A stretch of 59,443 nucleotides of DNA from Steroidobacteraceae bacterium (GTDB taxonomy: Bacteria > Pseudomonadota > Gammaproteobacteria > Steroidobacterales > Steroidobacteraceae): assembly GCA_036277615.1 (NCBI GenBank), contig DASUMQ010000293.1:1-59443 (forward strand), written 5' to 3'. Made by a program: the position numbers and the translations under genes. How positions within the stretch are numbered: position 1 is the stretch's first letter; each line of letters begins with the position of its first letter. The notes under the pieces were generated by a model. The model did no database searches. It saw only the letters and a program-made list of their open reading frames with translations, and was not told the DNA's origin. Below are positions 54,657-59,443 of this stretch, piece by piece.

Positions 54657-56638
54657 AGGTCGTCTACACCGACGTGCTGGTCATCGGCGGCGGATTGGCC
54701 GGCTTGCGCGTCGCCATCGGCGCGCGCCGGCGGGGCCACGACGCGATCGTGCTGTCGCTGGTCCCTCCAAAACGGTCCCATTCGGCGGCCGCCCAGGGCG
54801 GCATGCAGGCGAGCCTCGCCAACGTCACCAAGGGCGTGGGCGACAACGAGGACGTCCACTTCGAGGACACGGTCAAGGGCAGCGACTGGGGCGCCGACCA
54901 GCGCGTCGTGCGCATGTTCGTCAATACGGCGCCAAAGGCCGTGCGCGAGCTGGCCGCCTGGGGCGTGCCGTGGAGCCGGGTGCGCCAGGGCGACCGACAG
55001 GTCATCATCAATGGCGAGAAGGTCACGATCACCGAGCGGGCCGAGGCCCACGGGCTGGTGGCGCAGCGCGACTTCGGCGGCACCAAGAAGTGGCGCACCT
55101 GCTACGTCTCGGACGGCACGGGCCACGCGATGCTGTTCGCGGTGGGCGACCGCGCGATCGCCGAGGGCATTCCCGTGCACGAGCGCACCGAGGCACTCGC
55201 GCTGATCCACGACGGCCGACGCTGCTACGGCGCGGTCGTGCGCGACCTGATCACCGGCGAGCTGACCGCCTACGTCGCCCGGGCGACGGCGATCGCAACC
55301 GGCGGGGCCGGCCGCGTCTACCGCGTCACGACCAACGCCGTAATCTGCGAAGGCATCGGCGCGGCGCTCGCGCTCGAGACCGGCGCCGTGCCGCTCGGCA
55401 ACATGGAAGCGGTGCAGTTCCACCCGACCGGCATCTTCCCGGCCGGCATCCTCGTGACCGAGGGCTGCCGCGGCGACGGCGGCCTGCTGCGCGACGTCAA
55501 CGGCCACCGCTTCATGCCGGATTACGAGCCCGAGAAAAAGGAGCTCGCCTCGCGCGACGTGGTCTCGCGCCGCATGGAGGAGCACATCCGCAAGGGCAAC
55601 GGCGCGAAGTCGCGGTTCGGGGAGCACCTCTGGCTCGACATCACGCTGCTCGGGCGCAAGCACATCGAGCACAACCTGCGCGAGGTCAAGGAGATCTGCC
55701 AGTACTTCCTCGGGGTCGACCCCGTCGAGCAGTGGATCCCGGTACGGCCCGCGCAGCACTACACGATGGGTGGCGTGCGCACCAACCACACCGGCGAGGC
55801 CTACGGCCTGCGCGGCCTGTTCGCGGCGGGCGAGGCCGCGTGCTGGGACATGCACGGGTTCAACCGGCTCGGCGGCAACTCGGTCGCCGAGACCGTGGTG
55901 GCGGGCATGATCGTCGGTGAGTTCGTCGCGGACTTCGTCGAGAGCCCCGAGGGCGAGCTCGACATCCCGACCGTGCTGGTGCGCGAGGCGCTCGAGATCG
56001 AGCGCGGCAAGCTCGACACGCTGCTGCGCGGCGGTGGCCGCGAGCAGGCGGACACGATCAAGGCCGAGATGCAGCAGGTCATGACGGACCGCGTCGGCAT
56101 CTTCCGCACGGGCGCCGACCTCGAGTACGCGGTCGCGAAGCTGCAGGAGCTCCTGGTGCGCAGCCGCTCGATCGGGCTTCGCTCGCGTCGCGATGGCCCC
56201 AATCCCGAGATCGTCACGGCCTACCGCGTGCAGAAGATGCTCAAGATCGCGCTCTGCGTCGCCCAGGGCGCACTCACGCGCACCGAGAGCCGCGGCGCGC
56301 ATTTCCGCGAGGATTTCCCGCGCCGCGACGACGCGCAGTGGTTGAAGCGGACGCTCGCGACCTGGAGCGATCCGCGCGCGACGCTGCCGACGCTCGGCTA
56401 CGAGGCGCTCGACGTGCGGATCATGGAACTCCCGCCCGGCTGGCGCGGTTACGGCAACAAGGACTATGTCGACCACCCCGACACGCCGGCACGTGCCGCC
56501 GAGGTCGCACGGCTGCGCGAATCGGCCGGCGGCGCCGATCGTCACGCCATCCAGCAGGCGCTGATGCCCTACGACCACCTGTTGCCCGCGAGCCTGCGCG
56601 GCCGCAACGAACGCATCGACGAGAAACTCACCGCATGA
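54653..56638 (+). CDS. frdA: Fumarate reductase / succinate dehydrogenase flavoprotein subunit
   Basis: FAD-binding [11 protein letters not shown], the covalent-FAD His region [12 protein letters not shown], and active-site HPTG and RGAHFRED. The GTG overlaps the frdC stop (GTGA). 661 aa. Confidence 0.93.
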   Translation: MKVVYTDVLVIGGGLAGLRVAIGARRRGHDAIVLSLVPPKRSHSAAAQGGMQASLANVTKGVGDNEDVHFEDTVKGSDWGADQRVVRMFVNTAPKAVRELAAWGVPWSRVRQGDRQVIINGEKVTITERAEAHGLVAQRDFGGTKKWRTCYVSDGTGHAMLFAVGDRAIAEGIPVHERTEALALIHDGRRCYGAVVRDLITGELTAYVARATAIATGGAGRVYRVTTNAVICEGIGAALALETGAVPLGNMEAVQFHPTGIFPAGILVTEGCRGDGGLLRDVNGHRFMPDYEPEKKELASRDVVSRRMEEHIRKGNGAKSRFGEHLWLDITLLGRKHIEHNLREVKEICQYFLGVDPVEQWIPVRPAQHYTMGGVRTNHTGEAYGLRGLFAAGEAACWDMHGFNRLGGNSVAETVVAGMIVGEFVADFVESPEGELDIPTVLVREALEIERGKLDTLLRGGGREQADTIKAEMQQVMTDRVGIFRTGADLEYAVAKLQELLVRSRSIGLRSRRDGPNPEIVTAYRVQKMLKIALCVAQGALTRTESRGAHFREDFPRRDDAQWLKRTLATWSDPRATLPTLGYEALDVRIMELPPGWRGYGNKDYVDHPDTPARAAEVARLRESAGGADRHAIQQALMPYDHLLPASLRGRNERIDEKLTA

Positions 56639-57465
56639 GCGAAACACTCGCGCCTCCGCCGTCCTCCGGATCCACGGCCGTGCGGGCCGTCGGCTCGCTC
56701 GACCCGGCCGCCGCGCAGGCGGCGATGCCGACGCCCGACGCCAAGCGGCGCATGCTGCACTTCCACGTGCTGCGGCACGATCCGCAGGACCCGGCGAGCA
56801 TCCCGCACGTCGACGTCTTCGAGCTCGAGGAAGCGCCGGGCATGACGCTCTTCATCGCGCTGAACGAAATCCGCGAAAAGCTCGACCCGACGCTCGCATT
56901 CGATTTCGTCTGTCGCGCCGGCATCTGCGGCAGCTGCGGCATGGTCATCAACGGCCGGCCGAACCTGGCCTGCCGCACGCTGACGCAGGACCTGCCGGAG
57001 AACATCACGCTCGCGCCGCTGCCGACGTTCGAGCTGATCGCCGACCTGTCGGTGAACACCGGCAAGTGGATGCGCGGCATGAGCGAGCGGCTGGAAACCT
57101 GGGTGCACTCGCTTGGGCCTCAGGTGGACCTGCGCAAGCTCGAGGAGCGCATGGACCCGGAGCTCGCCGACAAGATCTACGAGCTGGATCGCTGCATCGA
57201 GTGCGGCTGCTGCGTCGCGGCCTGCGGCACGGCCCGCATGCGCGAAGATTTCGTCGGCGCCGTGGGCCTCAACAAGATCGCGCGGTTCGCGCTCGACCCG
57301 CGCGACCACCGGACCGACCAGGACTTCTACGAGCTGGTCGGCAATGACGACGGCGTGTTCGGCTGCATGACGCTGCTCGGCTGTCACGACGTCTGCCCGA
57401 AGCAGCTGCCACTGCAGACGCAGATCGCGTTCCTGCGCCGCAAGATGATGAAAGCCGGCCTGTGA
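56635..57465 (+). CDS. frdB: Fumarate reductase / succinate dehydrogenase iron-sulfur subunit
   Basis: Cluster motifs [32 protein letters not shown] and [12 protein letters not shown]. The ATG at 56635 overlaps the frdA stop. Homology to known FrdB starts only at about RRMLHF (alternative ATGs at 56725 and 56752). Confidence 0.9.
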   Translation: MSETLAPPPSSGSTAVRAVGSLDPAAAQAAMPTPDAKRRMLHFHVLRHDPQDPASIPHVDVFELEEAPGMTLFIALNEIREKLDPTLAFDFVCRAGICGSCGMVINGRPNLACRTLTQDLPENITLAPLPTFELIADLSVNTGKWMRGMSERLETWVHSLGPQVDLRKLEERMDPELADKIYELDRCIECGCCVAACGTARMREDFVGAVGLNKIARFALDPRDHRTDQDFYELVGNDDGVFGCMTLLGCHDVCPKQLPLQTQIAFLRRKMMKAGL

Positions 57466-57469
57466 AGGG

Positions 57470-57559
57470 GTGTCTGGTGTCTAGTGTCTAGTGTTCAGTA
57501 GGAGGTGCGCGGCGGCGCTGCCGCCTCTTGCTAGACACTAAACACCGGACGCTAGACAC
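57470..57559. repeat. REP-like long hairpin with tandem-heptamer arms (GTGTCTA)
   Basis: It reads GTGTCTG, GTGTCTA, GTGTCTA, GTGTTCA, GTAGGAGG, a GC-rich core, GCCGCCTCTTGC, then TAGACAC, TAAACAC, CGGACGC, TAGACAC. It starts 4 nt after the frdB stop and ends 10 nt before the next ATG. The layout matches 23021-23114. Confidence 0.8.
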
Positions 57560-57569
57560 TCCTCCGACC

Positions 57570-59443
57570 ATGTCTTTCTTCTCCCGCCTGTTCCGCAAGC
57601 GCGCTTCCTCGGCGACCGTCGAGCCTACGCGCACGACCGAGGCCCCCGCACTGGCGGCCCCGCGCCCCGACACCGCAGAACTCATTCGCGCCGAAGAGAG
57701 CAGCGTCTCGCAGGCCATCGCTGCCGGCGATGCGGCGGCCCTCGGTCGCTGGGTGCTCGAGGGGAGTTCGACCCGGGTTCGCCAGGCCGCAGCCCGGGCG
57801 ATCGCCGATCCGGTCCAGCTGGCCGAGTTGATCCCGGCGGTCCGACACAAGGACAAGAACGTGTATCGGATCCTCGCGGGCAAACGCGACGCCCTGCACG
57901 CGATCGAACGCGCCGCGCGACAACGACAGGCCGAGATCGAGGAACTCGCGGCGTCGATCGGGCGGCAGGTCGAACGACCGATCGACGCAACGTACGCGGG
58001 CACGCTCACCCGGCTCGAGACGCGATGGAACGCGGCGGCGGCGGAGGCAACGCCTGAACTCCGGCTGGAGGTCGAGCGGCAGTTCGGACGCGCGCGCGAG
58101 GCGCTCGAGGCGCACGCTCGCGAGGCCGACGATCGCATCGAGCGCCAGCACGCAGCCGCGCGTGCTGCGGATGCGGCGAAGATCCAACAGGAGCACGCGG
58201 CGCGCACCGCTGCCGAGGCCGCTGCCGAACGGGCGCGAACGCTGGAGGCCGAGCAGCAGGCGGAGCGCGAGAAACGCGCCGCCGCCGATGCCGAGATTCG
58301 TGCGCTGGTCGGGTTGCTACGACAGGCGCAGGCGGCCCTCGAGCACGGCGGAACCGCGCGTGCCACGCGTTTGCGCGACGCCGTCCGGGAACGGCTCCCC
58401 TACGCACCGGCCCTGCCGGCGTGGTTCGAGCGCCAGCTGCAGGAGGTCGATGCGCGGATCCAGGAATTGCAGGACTGGCGGACGTTCACGGTGGTCCCGA
58501 AGCGGGCCGAATTGGTCCGGCGCGCCGAATCGCTCGTCGGCGCGGAAATTTCGCCGGAGGAACTCGCGCGCCAGATCCGCCGGCTACGTGACGAGTGGCG
58601 CACGCTGCATCGAGGCGCGGGTGACGAGGTCACACCGGAACACGAGCGGTTCGAGCAGGCCGCCGAGCGGGCGTACGAACCGTGCCGCGAGCACTTCGCG
58701 CGGCAGTCCGAGATCCGCAAGCAGAACCAGGCACGGCGCGAGGCGATGCTCGAGCGGCTCGAGGCGTTCGTCGCGGCGCAGGCGGAGGCGGAACAGCCGA
58801 ACTGGCACGCGATCCAGCAGGCGATCGTCGAGGCGCGCCGCGAATGGCGCGACTATGCCCCGGTGGACCAGGACGTCGTGAAGCCGCTGCAGGCGCGATT
58901 CCACGCGTCGCTGGATGCGCTCCGCTCACGGCTCGATACCGAACATGCACAGAACGCGCAGGCGAAACGCGAGTTGATCGGACGTGCCGCCGAACTCGTC
59001 GCGCTCGAGGACACGCGCGCCGCGATCGAGCAGACCAAGGCCCTGCAGCGTGCGTGGAAGTCGATCGGCTCGGCTCGCCGACACCAGGATGAGGCACTGT
59101 GGGCCGAGTTCCGCGGGCACTGCGACGCGGTCTTCCAGCGCAGCTCGCAGGAGCGCGCGGCCTTCGATGCCGAACTTGCCACCAGCCAGGCGCGCGCGGT
59201 CGCGCTGTGCGAGGAGGCGGAGCGGCTGTCGCAGGCGGCGGAGGGTGACGCCGCAGAGGCGGCCGGGCGCCTGTCAGCAATGCGCAGCGAGTTCGAATCG
59301 CTCGAACTGCCGCGCACGTCGGTGCGCGACCTGCGCCGGCGGTTCGAACGTGCCGCAGAAAGTTGCGACGCGTCGAGGCGGCGCCGCGAGTCCGATGCGG
59401 TCCGCGAGTTCTGGACTCGGTCGTTGGCGGCGGCCGACCGGGT
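57570..59443 (+). CDS. DUF349 domain-containing protein; the 3' end lies outside the window
   Basis: My hand translation found the frame open from ATG 57570 to the window end. It is absent from the ORF track because it has no stop. It starts MSFFSRLFRKRASS... and carries repeated helical units of the form ...LxxRAExLV...I..L..EW+..G....E.LW.RF..., typical of DUF349. Confidence 0.8.
   Translation, partial: MSFFSRLFRKRASSATVEPTRTTEAPALAAPRPDTAELIRAEESSVSQAIAAGDAAALGRWVLEGSSTRVRQAAARAIADPVQLAELIPAVRHKDKNVYRILAGKRDALHAIERAARQRQAEIEELAASIGRQVERPIDATYAGTLTRLETRWNAAAAEATPELRLEVERQFGRAREALEAHAREADDRIERQHAAARAADAAKIQQEHAARTAAEAAAERARTLEAEQQAEREKRAAADAEIRALVGLLRQAQAALEHGGTARATRLRDAVRERLPYAPALPAWFERQLQEVDARIQELQDWRTFTVVPKRAELVRRAESLVGAEISPEELARQIRRLRDEWRTLHRGAGDEVTPEHERFEQAAERAYEPCREHFARQSEIRKQNQARREAMLERLEAFVAAQAEAEQPNWHAIQQAIVEARREWRDYAPVDQDVVKPLQARFHASLDALRSRLDTEHAQNAQAKRELIGRAAELVALEDTRAAIEQTKALQRAWKSIGSARRHQDEALWAEFRGHCDAVFQRSSQERAAFDAELATSQARAVALCEEAERLSQAAEGDAAEAAGRLSAMRSEFESLELPRTSVRDLRRRFERAAESCDASRRRRESDAVREFWTRSLAAADR

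Noticed and set aside
54605-56647. 680-aa minus-strand ORF antisense to frdA
   Set aside because: It is a shadow ORF. frdA on the plus strand has the FAD-binding and active-site motifs.
57488-59317. Multiple listed ORFs on both strands between 57488 and 59317
   Set aside because: All of them overlap the long open frame starting at ATG 57570 (DUF349 repeats). They are Arg/Ala/Pro-rich shadows.

Overview
This 59.4 kb window is a visibly GC-rich chromosomal segment (codon third positions are almost all G/C), probably from a Proteobacterium. Taxonomy cannot be fixed from this window. Coding density is very high, and many neighbouring genes share 4-nt ATGA/GTGA/TTGA stop-start overlaps. I support about 57 protein genes. 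In map order they are: an M16 peptidase fragment, an NAD(P)-binding protein and a PAP2/haloperoxidase-like protein; an MscS channel; kdpFABCDE, preceded by an unlisted 31-codon membrane ORF; a translationally coupled phosphoketolase-transaldolase pair; an MlrC/M81 peptidase and a USP; a TRAP transporter divergent from a glutamine-synthetase-like / aldehyde dehydrogenase / Fe-alcohol dehydrogenase / DUF1993 operon; a LysR gene remnant; an ArsR-like regulator with an S41 peptidase; a DUF2383 protein; orphan HyaE/HybE hydrogenase chaperones; an SH3 protein and MltA; an eight-gene co-directional cluster (YbaN, hotdog thioesterase, lipoprotein VanX-type dipeptidase, acyl-CoA ligase, DUF6090-like membrane protein, ABC exporter, GNAT, beta-propeller); a stand-alone cNMP-binding protein; a 14-gene nuoA-N operon with an unusually short NuoG; a divergent Wolinella-type dihaem frdCAB; and a 3'-open DUF349 gene that is missing from the ORF track. 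I found no rRNA, tRNA, CRISPR array, transposase, integrase or prophage genes. The main non-coding signals are two about 90-nt hairpins with the same architecture but different, internally complementary heptamer arms (23021-23114 and 57470-57559), and a triple 25-27-nt repeat (32047-32131) that supplies the Gly-Lys-stop ends of two convergent genes. All functional calls rest on motif and family recognition by eye. No database search was run.
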